Assembly: GCA_963700145.1 (NCBI GenBank) | Contig: OY969474.1 | Span: 1,280,001 to 1,344,000, forward strand | Source: an uncultured Acidobacteriota bacterium | Lineage (GTDB): Bacteria > Acidobacteriota > Thermoanaerobaculia > Multivoradales > UBA5704 | Length of the DNA: 64,000 bases | Reading direction: 5' to 3' | In this document: piece after piece, positions 27,509 to 37,431 of the stretch | Position numbering within the stretch: the stretch's first letter is position 1 | How the letters are laid out: each line of letters begins with the position of its first letter | Translations under genes and position numbers: made by a program | Notes under the pieces: model-generated | The model's input: the letters and a program-made list of their open reading frames with translations, nothing else | Told to the model about the DNA's origin: nothing | Database searches by the model: none

Positions 27509-27580
27509 GGGGCGAGGATGTTAGCGCACGCCCGGCGCCGATCGGTTAGGATCGACGCAACTTAACAAGGGGAGGGTGCC

Positions 27581-27985
27581 ATGGCACCTCAGGTGACCGA
27601 ACCGAATCGCTTCGAGCTGCGTCTCGGCGGCACGACCATCGTCTACACCACCAGCAGCATCGCCGGCCAGCCGACGCTGAGCCTCGACGAGGACGGCAAT
27701 TCGCGGAGCTGGAGCGGCAGCGAGATCGAGCGCGAGGAGACGTCGCTCGGCGCGCTGGTGACGGTGACGCTGGACTTCATCGCCGACTTCAAGCGGGACA
27801 CGCTCAGCCTCCTGCTGCCGGAGATCCACCTGCCGCAGGACGGCGGGAGCTCCGACTTCACGGCGATCGTCATCTGGACGACTCACCGCACCAGCATCGG
27901 CGGCCCGCAGCTCGTGGAGGGCCCGATCCAGGTCTACACCTGCGTCAAGACCTTCCACGGCACGGCGCAGCAGGTCGCTTTCTAG
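27581..27985 (+). CDS. Conserved hypothetical beta-rich protein
   Basis: GGGAGG RBS, typical codon usage; no function recognised. Confidence 0.75.
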   Translation: MAPQVTEPNRFELRLGGTTIVYTTSSIAGQPTLSLDEDGNSRSWSGSEIEREETSLGALVTVTLDFIADFKRDTLSLLLPEIHLPQDGGSSDFTAIVIWTTHRTSIGGPQLVEGPIQVYTCVKTFHGTAQQVAF

Positions 27986-29232
27986 CGGTCGGGCGAGTCG
28001 GTGCGGCCGGCGAGGGCCTCGAGGTAGGCGGCGCGGTAGCGGGCGGCGATCGCGTCCCAGGTGAGCTCGCGCTCGGCCTTCCGCCGCCCCGCCTCCCCCA
28101 TCGCCCGCCGTTCTTCGGGATTGGCGAGCAGGCGCAGGAGGGCGGCCGCCAGGGCGGCGGCGTCCCCTTCCGGCACGAGGAGGCCGGTGCGACCGTCCTC
28201 GACGGCGAGCGGGATGCCGGAGATCCCCGAGGCGACGACGGGGAGGCCGCTCGCCATCGCTTCGAGGATGACGTTGGGGAGGCCGTCGACGTTGCCCTTC
28301 GAGTCGTGCACGGCAGGCAGCGTGAACACGTCGGCGGCGCGGAAAAGATCGGGTAGGGCATCGTGCGCCACCGTCCCCGGGAAGTGGATGCGCTCGGCGA
28401 ACGGTGCCGCCGCCGCGCGCAGCTCGGTGAGCCGGTCGCCGCTGCCGGCCAGGACGATGTGAGTCTCCGGGTGCGCCGCGAGGATCGCCGGGGCTGCCCG
28501 TAGAAGCACGTGGAAACCCTTCTTCGTCGCCAGCCGGCCGACGCCGAGCAGCAGCGGCGCGCTCTCCGGGACGCCGAGCCGAGCGCGCCACGCTCCCCTA
28601 CCCGAGCCTTGCGGCGAAAACGCCGCGACGTCCACGCCGTAAGGGATGACCCGCGCCCGCTCGGCGGGAAACCCCAGCGCGCAGACCCGCTCGACCAGCT
28701 CCGGCGAGCAGCCGGTCAGGAGCCGCGCCCGCGCCAGCACCCGCCGCGCCGGGGCGCGGTAGGGCGGCCGCTCGGCCAGGAAGACATCGCTGCCGTGCAG
28801 CCCGACGGCGAGGGGCGTGCGCCGCGGCCGCCCGGGCGCGGCGACGGCGTTCGGCACCAGCCAGTGGGCCTGGTAGAGGTCGAAGCGCCCCCGCGCCAGC
28901 AGGTGCCGCACCGCCCGCCGCGCCGCCAGGGCGTAGAGCGGCGCCACCGCCAGCGCCGCGCCGCGCACCCGCTCGTCGGCCTCGAGGCTCCGGCCGTACC
29001 CCAGCCGCTCGGCCCGCGCCGGCGCGTAGCGGAAGGTGCGGACCTCGACGCCGGCGTCCTCCCAGCGCGCCGGCAGCCCCGCGGCGTGCGGCGCCACGAC
29101 CGTCACCGCGTCGCCGCCGCGCACCAGCGCCGCGGCGAGGTCGCGGATGAACGGCCCGCTGGGGTCGCCGGGGTGGCGCGGGAAGGTCTGGGTGAGGAAG
29201 AGGAGGGCGAGGCGCGACGGCGGCGCGGTCAG
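27982..29232 (-). CDS. Glycosyltransferase family 4
   Basis: HWLVP, LHGSD, GRLATKKG, DGLPNVILEAMASGLPVVAS; frame extends to LFLTQTFPR with a CTG start at 29232 after AAGGAG. Confidence 0.9.
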   Translation of the reverse strand: MTAPPSRLALLFLTQTFPRHPGDPSGPFIRDLAAALVRGGDAVTVVAPHAAGLPARWEDAGVEVRTFRYAPARAERLGYGRSLEADERVRGAALAVAPLYALAARRAVRHLLARGRFDLYQAHWLVPNAVAAPGRPRRTPLAVGLHGSDVFLAERPPYRAPARRVLARARLLTGCSPELVERVCALGFPAERARVIPYGVDVAAFSPQGSGRGAWRARLGVPESAPLLLGVGRLATKKGFHVLLRAAPAILAAHPETHIVLAGSGDRLTELRAAAAPFAERIHFPGTVAHDALPDLFRAADVFTLPAVHDSKGNVDGLPNVILEAMASGLPVVASGISGIPLAVEDGRTGLLVPEGDAAALAAALLRLLANPEERRAMGEAGRRKAERELTWDAIAARYRAAYLEALAGRTDSPDR

Positions 29233-30215
29233 TCCAGGTGCTCCTTGACCGAGTAGCTGTCGGGGCGGCGGAAGTTCTTGAAGGTGAACATCTCGCCGAG
29301 GAGGCCGGTGGTGAGCACCTGGATGCCGAGCAGCATGAGCAGCACGCCGAAGAGCAGCAGCGGCCGGTTCGACAGGTCCTCGCCGCCGAACCAGAGGACC
29401 GCGAGGTAGAGGTTGATGGCGAAGCCGGCGGTCAGGAAGAGAAGGCCGAAGGCGCCGAAGAGGTGGAGCGGCCGGCGCGTGTAGCGGGTGATGAAGAGCA
29501 CGGTGATGAGGTCGAGGAGGCCCTTGTAGAAACGGTCCCAGCCGTACTTGCTCGTCCCCGCGCGGCGCGGGTGGTGCGCGACCTCGATCTCCCCCACCGA
29601 GAAGCCGCGCCGGCTGGCCAGCACCGGGATGTAGCGGTGGAGCTCGCCGTAGACCGCGATCTGCTCGAGCACCTCGCGGCGGTAGACCTTGAAGCCGCTG
29701 TTGAAGTCGTGCAGCGGCACCTGCGCGAGCTGCCGCGTCACCCAGTTGAAGAGGCGCGACGGCAGCCGCTTCGAGACCGGGTCGCGCCGCCGCCGCTTCC
29801 AGCCGGAGACCAGGTCCAGGTCCTTCTCTTCCAGCGTCGCGAGGAGGCGCGGGATCTCCTCCGGCGCGTCCTGGAGGTCGCCGTCCATGGTGATCACCAG
29901 CTCGCCGCGGGAGTGGTCGAGCCCGGCCGAGAGCGCCGCCGCCTTGCCGAAGTTGCGGCGCAGGCGGAGGAGCTTGACCCGCGGGTCGGCGGCGTGGGCC
30001 TCGCGCACCCGCTCAGGGGTGCCGTCGCGCGAGCCGTCGTCGATGAAGAGGAGCTCGAAGCTGCGGCCCAGGCCGTCGAGCACGGCCGCCGTGCGCCGCG
30101 CCAGCTCCCCGACCGTCCCCGCCTCGTCGAGCACCGGCACCAGCACGCTCACCTCCAGCGGCACCGGCCGCGGCAGGCTCGCCGGGTCGCGCAGCGGGAC
30201 CGGCTGGGAGCTCAT
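29229..30215 (-). CDS. Glycosyltransferase family 2 (ArnC/polyprenol-phosphate glycosyltransferase-like)
   Basis: IDDGSRD, RNFGKAAAL, MDGDLQD, HDFNSGFK, GELHRYIP, 2 C-terminal TM. Confidence 0.92.
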   Translation of the reverse strand: MSSQPVPLRDPASLPRPVPLEVSVLVPVLDEAGTVGELARRTAAVLDGLGRSFELLFIDDGSRDGTPERVREAHAADPRVKLLRLRRNFGKAAALSAGLDHSRGELVITMDGDLQDAPEEIPRLLATLEEKDLDLVSGWKRRRRDPVSKRLPSRLFNWVTRQLAQVPLHDFNSGFKVYRREVLEQIAVYGELHRYIPVLASRRGFSVGEIEVAHHPRRAGTSKYGWDRFYKGLLDLITVLFITRYTRRPLHLFGAFGLLFLTAGFAINLYLAVLWFGGEDLSNRPLLLFGVLLMLLGIQVLTTGLLGEMFTFKNFRRPDSYSVKEHLD

Positions 30216-31525
30216 AGCGGTGATTGTACGCCCGGCGCCTCGCGCCGCCGGAAGAGGAAGATCACGAGGCCTGCAACGATCGCGACGGCGCCGGCGATCA
30301 GGTTCCGCGGCTCGGCGCTGCCGACCAGGACCAAGCAGACCAGGACGGCGGCGATCGGGATCAGCGGCCCGCCGGGCAGGCGGACCGTCCCCGGGAGCGA
30401 TGCCAGCTTCCGGCGCAGGATCGGCACGGCAGCGGCGGTGCCGATGTAGGTCGCCAGGCGCGCCACGACCGAGAGCGCCGCGAGCTGGACGAACGTGCCG
30501 GTCAGGGCGAGCGGCAGCGCCACCAGCGCCTGCAGGACCACGGCGTTGGCCGGCGTGCGGAAGCGCGGATGGACGCGGGCGAGGAAGCGCGGGCCGAAGC
30601 CGTCCTCGGCCAGGGCGAACAGGTAGCGCGGGCCGGAGAGCATGGTGTTGCCGTTGGTGCCGAGGATCGAGAGCACGGCACCGAGGGTGAGCAGCCACCC
30701 GCCCCAGCCGCCGAGGAAGAGCCGGGCGGCGTCGGCGAGCGGCGTCTCCGAGTCCGCGACTCCGGGCAGGGTGCCGAGCGCCACGAGCTGCACCGAGGAG
30801 TAGATGAGCGTCACCAGGACGATCTGCGTGATGAGGGCGAAGGGCACGTCGCGGCGCGGGTTCTTGAACTCGCCGGCCGGCGCGGCGGTGTTCTCGAAGC
30901 CGGCGTAGGCAAAGAGGAGGAGGAGCGCCGCCTCGCCGAGCGACCCGGCGCCGGTGGGCTCGGCGCCGGCGAGCGTGGCGCGCGAGAAGTAAAAGGCGCC
31001 GGCGACGACGAAGATCAGCAGCGGGACGATCTTGCCGATCGCCAGTACGACCGCGGTGCGCGCTCCCGCCTTGACGCCGACGACGTTGATGACGGTGAGG
31101 GCGAGGACGGGCAGGGCGATCGCCAGCCCGCGTCCCACCCCTTCGCGCGCCGCTGGCAGCAGGTAGCCGAGCGCCTGCGCGAAGCCGGCCGAGAGCGACG
31201 CCACCGAGGCGACGCGCGCCAGCCAGGTCATCCAGCCGACCTCGAAGCCGACCAGGTCGCCGAAGGCGGTGCGGGCGTAGAGGTAGGCGCCGCCGGGGCG
31301 GTCGAAGTAGCTCCCCGCCTCGGCGAAGCAGAGGACGATCAGGAGCACCGCGAAGCCGGCGGCCACCACCGCCCAGACGCTCGCCGCGCCGAGGATCGCC
31401 GCCGCCGCCGCCGGCAGCAAGTAGACGCCGCTGCCGATGACGTCGTTGAGCGACAGCGCCACGATCTCCCAGCGCGAGACCACGCGCCGCAAGGCGGCCG
31501 TGCCTTCGACCCTCGGTTCGGCCAA
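30212..31525 (-). CDS. APC-family amino acid permease
   Basis: IGSGVYLLP, CFAEAGS, GGAYLY, FAYAGFE, EFKNPRRDVP, HPRFRTP. Confidence 0.92.
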   Translation of the reverse strand: MAEPRVEGTAALRRVVSRWEIVALSLNDVIGSGVYLLPAAAAAILGAASVWAVVAAGFAVLLIVLCFAEAGSYFDRPGGAYLYARTAFGDLVGFEVGWMTWLARVASVASLSAGFAQALGYLLPAAREGVGRGLAIALPVLALTVINVVGVKAGARTAVVLAIGKIVPLLIFVVAGAFYFSRATLAGAEPTGAGSLGEAALLLLFAYAGFENTAAPAGEFKNPRRDVPFALITQIVLVTLIYSSVQLVALGTLPGVADSETPLADAARLFLGGWGGWLLTLGAVLSILGTNGNTMLSGPRYLFALAEDGFGPRFLARVHPRFRTPANAVVLQALVALPLALTGTFVQLAALSVVARLATYIGTAAAVPILRRKLASLPGTVRLPGGPLIPIAAVLVCLVLVGSAEPRNLIAGAVAIVAGLVIFLFRRREAPGVQSPL

Positions 31526-31576
31526 TCGAATCCTCCTCGGAAGAGTCGCGGCATCATAGCGGCTCCGGCGTGTCTA

Positions 31577-31744
31577 CTAGCGGGTTGTAACACGCGAACG
31601 ATTAGTCCTGTCATCCTGAGCGAAGCGAAGGATCTGGGCGGGGGAAAGCGCGGGGCCCAAGGACTTCGCGCCCACCCTGCCCCCAGATCCTTCGCTCTCG
31701 CTCAGGATGACCTTGCTAAGCATTCTCCCGTTACAGGCCGCTAG
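31577..31744. mobile_element. MITE-like nested inverted repeat: CTAG-ended outer arms enclosing family-1 REPIN copy 2 (31609..31711)
   Basis: Left CTAGCGGGTTGTAACACGCGAACGATTAG versus reverse complement of the right arm CTAGCGGCCTGTAACGGGAGAATGCTTAG (22/29); inner tgtcatcctgagcgaagcgaaggatct ... agatccttcgctctcgctcaggatgac. Confidence 0.65.
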
Positions 31745-31753
31745 AATCGGGTC

Positions 31754-33019
31754 GTGGACCGGGACCGCCTCCTCGCCGACTTCCGTGCCGTCCGCTCGAC
31801 GACGATCGAGCTCTGCCGGCCGCTGCGGCCGGAGGACTACCGCGTCCAGTCGATGCCCGACGTCAGCCCCCCGTGGTGGAACCTCGGCCACACCACCTGG
31901 TTCTACGCCAAGAACGTGCTCGAGCCGTTCGGCCGCGGCGCCGCGGAGGACGCGCGCTACGAGTACGTCCTGAACTCCTACTACGAGTCGCTCGGGCCGC
32001 GCCTGGCGCGCGACCGCCGCGGCCTGGTGACCCGGCCGACGACCGACGAGGTCTACGAGTTCCGGCGCGGCGTCGACGCGCGGATGGAGGCGCTGATCGA
32101 GGAGGTCCCGGAGGAGCGCTTCGAAGAGCTCGCCTTCCTGGTCACCACCGGCCGCCAGCACGAGCAGCAGCACCAGGAGCTGCTGGTCACCGAGGTCAAG
32201 CACATCCTCGGCAGCAACGCCCCCGAGCTGCGCGAGCCGTACTGCGGCGCGCGCAAGGACGCCCTCCGGCACGACGCCCCGCCCCCGCCGCACGACTTCG
32301 TCCCGATCGCCGGCGGCCTCTACCAGATCGGCAACCTCGACGGCGGCTGGTGCTGGGACAACGAGCTGCCGGTGCACCAGGCCTGGCTCGACGACTTCGC
32401 GCTCGGCAGCCGCCTGGTCACCAACGGCGAGTACCTGGAGTTCATGGCCGCCGGCGGCTACGCCGACCCGCTCCTCTGGCTCTCCAATGGCTGGGCGGCG
32501 GCGCGCGAGCACGGCTGGGAGGCGCCGCTCTACTGGGAGCGGGACGGTGGCGGCTGGCAGGTGTGGACGCTGGCCGGCGACCGGCCCGTCGATCCCGACG
32601 AGCCGGTCGCGCACGTCAGCTTCTACGAGGCCGAGGCGTACGCCCGCTGGCGCGGCGCGCGGCTCCCCACCGAGCGCGAGTGGGAGCGCGCGGCCCGGGC
32701 CGCGGGCTTCACGGCCGATGGCGGTAATTTCCTCGAGAGCGGCGCCCTCCATCCGCGGCCGGCCATCGGCGCCGCCGGCGCCCTCCTCCAGATGGCCGGC
32801 GACCTCTGGGAGTGGACGACCAGCCACTACGAGCCCTACCCCGGCTACCGCCCGTTCGAGGGCAACCTCATGGAGTACAACGGCAAGTTCATGGACAACC
32901 AGCGCGTCCTGCGCGGCGGCTCCTGCGCCACCCCCGCCTCCCACATCCGCCCGAGCTACCGCAACTTCTGGCCCGCCGACACGCGGTTCCAGATGACCGG
33001 CATCCGGCTGGCGCGGTAG
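31754..33019 (+). CDS. egtB: Ergothioneine biosynthesis sulfoxide synthase EgtB
   Basis: QSMPDVSPPWWNLGHTTWF, NSYYE, HEQQHQELL, VTNGEY, EYNGKFM, SYRNFW. Confidence 0.92.
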   Translation: MDRDRLLADFRAVRSTTIELCRPLRPEDYRVQSMPDVSPPWWNLGHTTWFYAKNVLEPFGRGAAEDARYEYVLNSYYESLGPRLARDRRGLVTRPTTDEVYEFRRGVDARMEALIEEVPEERFEELAFLVTTGRQHEQQHQELLVTEVKHILGSNAPELREPYCGARKDALRHDAPPPPHDFVPIAGGLYQIGNLDGGWCWDNELPVHQAWLDDFALGSRLVTNGEYLEFMAAGGYADPLLWLSNGWAAAREHGWEAPLYWERDGGGWQVWTLAGDRPVDPDEPVAHVSFYEAEAYARWRGARLPTEREWERAARAAGFTADGGNFLESGALHPRPAIGAAGALLQMAGDLWEWTTSHYEPYPGYRPFEGNLMEYNGKFMDNQRVLRGGSCATPASHIRPSYRNFWPADTRFQMTGIRLAR

Positions 33020-33091
33020 CGCGCCCGCGGCTCGGCCGCGCCTTGACATCCCCCGCCCGCATTCGCATGCTTGCGGAAAGGAGCATCACCC

Positions 33092-34033
33092 ATGGCCGCC
33101 AAGTCCAAGGAAGCGCTCGCAAGGCAGGCGCGCTTCGTGTTCGTCGGCACCATCCAGAAGCTGCGCGCCGCCAACCTCGCGGAGATCGACGACAAGGAGC
33201 GGACGGTCGTGGTGCGCGTCGATCGGGTCGAGAAGGGGCCCGAGAGCATGGCGAGCTACGTCGGCCGCGACATCACCGTCAAGCTGGCGCCGCGCGAGAC
33301 CGTGCGCGCCGGCGAGCAGGCCCGCTTCTTCACTAACGGCTGGCTCTTCGGCGAGACGCTGGCGGTCGAGTCGGTGGGCCATGAAGCGGTGGTGCCCGCG
33401 GCGGCGCCACGCGGCCGCCGGGCCGTCGCGGCGGCGGCGCGCCCCGGCGAGACCCGGCGCGGCGTCCTGGCGGCGAGCATCTCCGCCTCCGAAGCGGCCA
33501 GCGAGCCGGCCGCGCGCCTCAAGGCCGCCGCCATCGCCGACCGCGTCGCCAGCGCCGACGTCGTCGTCCGCGGCCGGGTCACCGCCGTGCGGGTGGCGCC
33601 AGAGGAGCGGCCGGCGCCGCGCACGGGCGCGCGGACGCGCGGCGTGACGGCGGCAGCCACCGAGGCGCCGCGGCGGAAGCCGATCACCGAGCACGACCCG
33701 CAGTGGCGGGAGGCGGAGATCGAGGTCGACGAGGTCGAGAAGGGAGGGACGGGGAAGAAGAAGGTCGTGGTGCGCTTTCCCGGCAGCGACGACGTGCGCT
33801 GGTACAAGGCGCCCAAGTTCCAGCCGGGCCAGGAGGGGGTGTTCATCCTGCAGAAGGCGGCCGGGGAGACGGCCGCCCGGCCCGGCGCGCGGCGGGGGCG
33901 CGCGGTGGCCGCCGCCGCGGAGAGCGCGGCCGGCCCGGACACTTTCACCGCCCTCGATCCCGACGACTTCCAGCCGAGCGAGCGCGCGCCCGAGATCCGC
34001 GCCCTCGCCGCGGCCACGGACGAGCCCGAGTAG
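33092..34033 (+). CDS. Hypothetical protein with two internally similar beta domains
   Basis: AAAGGAG RBS; FVFVGTIQK...VVRVDRVEKG and VVVRGRVTAV...IEVDEVEKG. Confidence 0.8.
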   Translation: MAAKSKEALARQARFVFVGTIQKLRAANLAEIDDKERTVVVRVDRVEKGPESMASYVGRDITVKLAPRETVRAGEQARFFTNGWLFGETLAVESVGHEAVVPAAAPRGRRAVAAAARPGETRRGVLAASISASEAASEPAARLKAAAIADRVASADVVVRGRVTAVRVAPEERPAPRTGARTRGVTAAATEAPRRKPITEHDPQWREAEIEVDEVEKGGTGKKKVVVRFPGSDDVRWYKAPKFQPGQEGVFILQKAAGETAARPGARRGRAVAAAAESAAGPDTFTALDPDDFQPSERAPEIRALAAATDEPE

Positions 34034-34042
34034 AGGCACGCG

Positions 34043-35488
34043 ATGGCCGCCGCCAAGAAGAAGCCCCAACCCAAGCCGAAGCCGAAGCCGAAGAAGCCGG
34101 CCAAGCCGAAGAAGCTCAAGGCCGCCGAGACGGCGACGCTCCTGCTGGTCAACATGATCCCCCGCTCGTTGAGCGGCGAGACCGAGCAGGACAGCGAGCC
34201 GAGCCTCGCCGTCGATCCGAGCGACCCGAACCAGATCGTCGGCAGCGCCTTCACCCCCGACCCGCTGGGAGGCGCGTCCGCTCCCATCTTCGTGTCGCGC
34301 GACGGCGGCAACACCTGGGTCCTGCGCTCGACCGTGCCGAGCGAGGTGCAGACCGGGGACATCAGCCCGCGCTTCGGCGGCGGCGGGCGCCTCTACGCCG
34401 GCATCCTCAAGCGCCCGGGGAGCCTGCTGCTCAACATCCTGCGCACCGACGCCGCCGCCGGCACGACGCAGATGAAGGTCGTGGTCAGCCGCGAGCGGGT
34501 CGACCAGCCGTTCCTCGCGGCGGTGGAGCGGGACGGCAAGGACCGCGTCTACGTCGGCAGCAACGACTTCGCGGCGGCCGGCGGGCGCACGGCGACGATC
34601 GACCAGAGCCAGCACGGCGGCGCGGCGACGCCCACCTTCAGCGCCGTGCGGCTGGAGCGGCGGAGCACCGGCAGCGCCGGCCAGAACGGCCCGCAGGTGC
34701 GCCCGATCTGCCATTCCGACGGCACGGTCTACGTCGCCTTCTACGGCTGGCGCAGCTTCGACGACGCCACCGCGGAGGTCACCACCGACATCGTGCTGGT
34801 GCGCGACGACGCGGGGGGGACGGGGGCGAGCCCCTTCGGCGCCCTGGTCGATCCCAGCGACGGTCTCGCCGGCCGGCTCGTCGCCCGCGGCGTGTCGTTC
34901 AACTGGGGCGGGCAGCTCGGCAACCAGCGCCTCGGCGGCGACGTCGCCCTCGCCGTCGACCCGCGCGACAGCGACGTCGTGTACGTCGCCTGGGCCGACC
35001 GCCAGCCGACGACCGGCTACACGCTCCACGTCCGCCGCTCCACCGACCGCGGCGCCACCTGGTCGCCCAGCGACCTGCGGACGGTCGGCTTCGCCACCAA
35101 CCCGGCGCTGGCGATCAACAGCCGCGGACGCGTCGCCTTCCTGCACCAGCGCGTGACCGGCGACGGCGCCAGCCAGCGCTGGGTGACGACCGTCGAGCGC
35201 TCGGACGACGGCATCAACTGGAGCTCGATGATCCTGGCCACGGTGCCGGCCAACTTCCCGGTGCCGGTGTTCCAGCCCTACATCGGCGACTACGCTGGGC
35301 TGGCGTCCGTGGGCAAGGACTTCTACGGCATCTTCTCGGCCAACAACAGCCCCGACATGGCGCGCTTCCCCAACGGCGTCACCTACCAGCGCAACGCCGA
35401 CTTCACCACCCGCCGCCTGCTCGACACCGACGGCACGACGCCGGTGGCGGTGTCGATCGATCCGTTCTTCTTCAAGATCACGGAGTAG
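34043..35488 (+). CDS. BNR/Asp-box (sialidase-like beta-propeller) protein with a Lys/Pro-rich N-terminus
   Basis: Asp-boxes SRDGGNTW, STDRGATW, SDDGINW; EPSLAVDP; YIGDY. Confidence 0.82.
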   Translation: MAAAKKKPQPKPKPKPKKPAKPKKLKAAETATLLLVNMIPRSLSGETEQDSEPSLAVDPSDPNQIVGSAFTPDPLGGASAPIFVSRDGGNTWVLRSTVPSEVQTGDISPRFGGGGRLYAGILKRPGSLLLNILRTDAAAGTTQMKVVVSRERVDQPFLAAVERDGKDRVYVGSNDFAAAGGRTATIDQSQHGGAATPTFSAVRLERRSTGSAGQNGPQVRPICHSDGTVYVAFYGWRSFDDATAEVTTDIVLVRDDAGGTGASPFGALVDPSDGLAGRLVARGVSFNWGGQLGNQRLGGDVALAVDPRDSDVVYVAWADRQPTTGYTLHVRRSTDRGATWSPSDLRTVGFATNPALAINSRGRVAFLHQRVTGDGASQRWVTTVERSDDGINWSSMILATVPANFPVPVFQPYIGDYAGLASVGKDFYGIFSANNSPDMARFPNGVTYQRNADFTTRRLLDTDGTTPVAVSIDPFFFKITE

Positions 35489-35494
35489 CCACTC

Positions 35495-36991
35495 CTAGCC
35501 CAGTACCAGCCGCACGACCAGCCAGCACCACCCCGCCGCGAGGCAGGCGGCGGCGAGGTCGAGGAGAGCGCCGGTGCGGGCCATGCGCGGGATCGTCACG
35601 TAGCCGCTGCCGAAGACGATGGCGTTGGGCGGGGTGCCCGCCGGCAGCGCGAAATCGCAGGAGCAGGCGATGGTGGCGGCGAAGAGGGTCGTGGTCACCA
35701 GCTCCGGAGCGACCGCGTCCTTGAGCACCACCAGCATGACGGCGATCGTGGCGGTGTTCGAGGCCACGGCGGAGAGAGCGACGACGGCGAGGCTGGCGAG
35801 GAGCACCTGGCCAAAGCCGGGGAGGTCACGCACCGCGAGCAGGCGCTGGCCCATCCAGTCCGAGAGGCCGCTCTTCTGGATCGCCGCCGCCATCGCGAAG
35901 CCGCCGCCGAGGAGAAGCAGCGTCTCCCACGGCACCCGCTTGAGCGCCCGGAAGCCGAGGACCTGCCGCCGCGGCAGGCCGGGCGCCGGGCGCATGCGCC
36001 AGAGGAGGAGCGCGAGGGCGGCGAGCACCGCCGTCCCCCCTTCGACGTGCGCCGACGAGAGCTCGAAGGCGTGAACGTGCGGCCGCAGCACCTCGGTCAG
36101 CCACTTGCCGGCGATCCAGAGCGCCGCGGCGGCCAGGAAGACGCCCAGCACCACCCGCTCCGGCCGCTTCACTCGCCCGAGCCGCGCCAGCTCCCCGGCG
36201 ATCACCTCCGCCCCGACCTCGCCGGTCAGCCCGTCGCCGCGGCCGATCCGCCAGAGCATGCCGTAGACGACCGGCAGGAAGAGGAGGACGAACGGCAGCC
36301 CGACGGCCAGGAACTGGAGGAAGGAGATCGACACCCCCAGCCGCTCCATGAAGCCCGAGAACTGCGCGTTGGGGGCGGTGCCGATCTTGGTGCCGATGCC
36401 GCCGACGTTGGCGCCGTAGGCGATCGCCAGCATGATCGCCATGCCGTAGTGGCGGAGGCGCGGCCGGCCGGTCTGCTCCTCGATCTGCGCGATGAGGGCG
36501 ATGCCGATCGGCACCATCATCGTGGCGGTGGCGGTGTTGGAGATCCAGAGCGAGATGAAGGCGGTGGCGAGGAGGGTGCCGGCGAGCAGCCGCCGGGGGT
36601 CGCTGCCGATCCGCCGCATGATGCCGAGCGCGATACGGCGGTGGAGGTCCCACTGCTGCATCGCGGCGGCGATCGCCATGCCGCCGGCGAAGAGGAAGAT
36701 GTAGGGATCGAGGTAGGCGCGCGCGGTCTGCTCCAGGTTCGTGCCCAGGTCCGTGCCGAAGACGCGCGCCGCGGGCCAGAGCAGCAGCGGCACGCAGGCG
36801 GTCCAGTAGATCGGCACCGCCTCGGTCAGCCACCAGATCGCCATCAGCGCCGCGCCGGCGGCGGCGAGCGCGGGGCGGCTCCCCCACTCCGTGTGCTTGA
36901 GCGGCGTGTCGAGAAAGGCGAGGAGGGCGAAGGCCAGGAGCCCGGCGGCGAGGCCGCCGAGCCGCCAGGGCGTCCACTCCCAGCCCTTCAC
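35495..36991 (-). CDS. SLC13/DASS family sodium-coupled anion symporter
   Basis: SLWISNTAT, GGIGTKIGTAPN, ASNTAT, LPAGTPPNAIVFGSG. Confidence 0.92.
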   Translation of the reverse strand: MKGWEWTPWRLGGLAAGLLAFALLAFLDTPLKHTEWGSRPALAAAGAALMAIWWLTEAVPIYWTACVPLLLWPAARVFGTDLGTNLEQTARAYLDPYIFLFAGGMAIAAAMQQWDLHRRIALGIMRRIGSDPRRLLAGTLLATAFISLWISNTATATMMVPIGIALIAQIEEQTGRPRLRHYGMAIMLAIAYGANVGGIGTKIGTAPNAQFSGFMERLGVSISFLQFLAVGLPFVLLFLPVVYGMLWRIGRGDGLTGEVGAEVIAGELARLGRVKRPERVVLGVFLAAAALWIAGKWLTEVLRPHVHAFELSSAHVEGGTAVLAALALLLWRMRPAPGLPRRQVLGFRALKRVPWETLLLLGGGFAMAAAIQKSGLSDWMGQRLLAVRDLPGFGQVLLASLAVVALSAVASNTATIAVMLVVLKDAVAPELVTTTLFAATIACSCDFALPAGTPPNAIVFGSGYVTIPRMARTGALLDLAAACLAAGWCWLVVRLVLG

Positions 36992-37431
36992 TCCCCGGAC
37001 TCGAAGCGGCGGATCGCCTCGCGCAGCTCCTCGGGGAGCGGGACGGCGCGGCCGGCGGCGTAGTCCACCCAGGCGACGACGCCGCTGCCGTCCGCCACCA
37101 CCTCGTCGCCGCCGGCGCGGAAGAGGACGTACTCGTGGCGGAAGCTGCTGCGCCCGACCTCCGCGGTGCGCACCCCGACCTCGAGCGCCGCCGGCCAGTG
37201 GACCTGCCGCCGGAAGTTGAGGGTGGCGGCGACCAGCGCCGGGCCGTGCCGCTCGAGCCGGTAGCGCTCGAGGTCGATCGCGGCGAAGTAGCTCATCCGC
37301 GCCGACTCGCAGTAGGTGAAGTACTTGGCGTTGTTGACGTGCCCCATCTGGTCGACGTCCGCCCAGCGGACGGCGATCGGCTCGAGCAGCCGGAAGGCGG
37401 CGCGCGGGCTCACGGCGGCGGCCTGTCTCAC
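36988..37431 (-). CDS. Acyl-CoA thioesterase (4HBT/hotdog family)
   Basis: VRWADVDQMGHVNNAKYFTYCESAR. Confidence 0.9.
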   Translation of the reverse strand: MRQAAAVSPRAAFRLLEPIAVRWADVDQMGHVNNAKYFTYCESARMSYFAAIDLERYRLERHGPALVAATLNFRRQVHWPAALEVGVRTAEVGRSSFRHEYVLFRAGGDEVVADGSGVVAWVDYAAGRAVPLPEELREAIRRFESGE

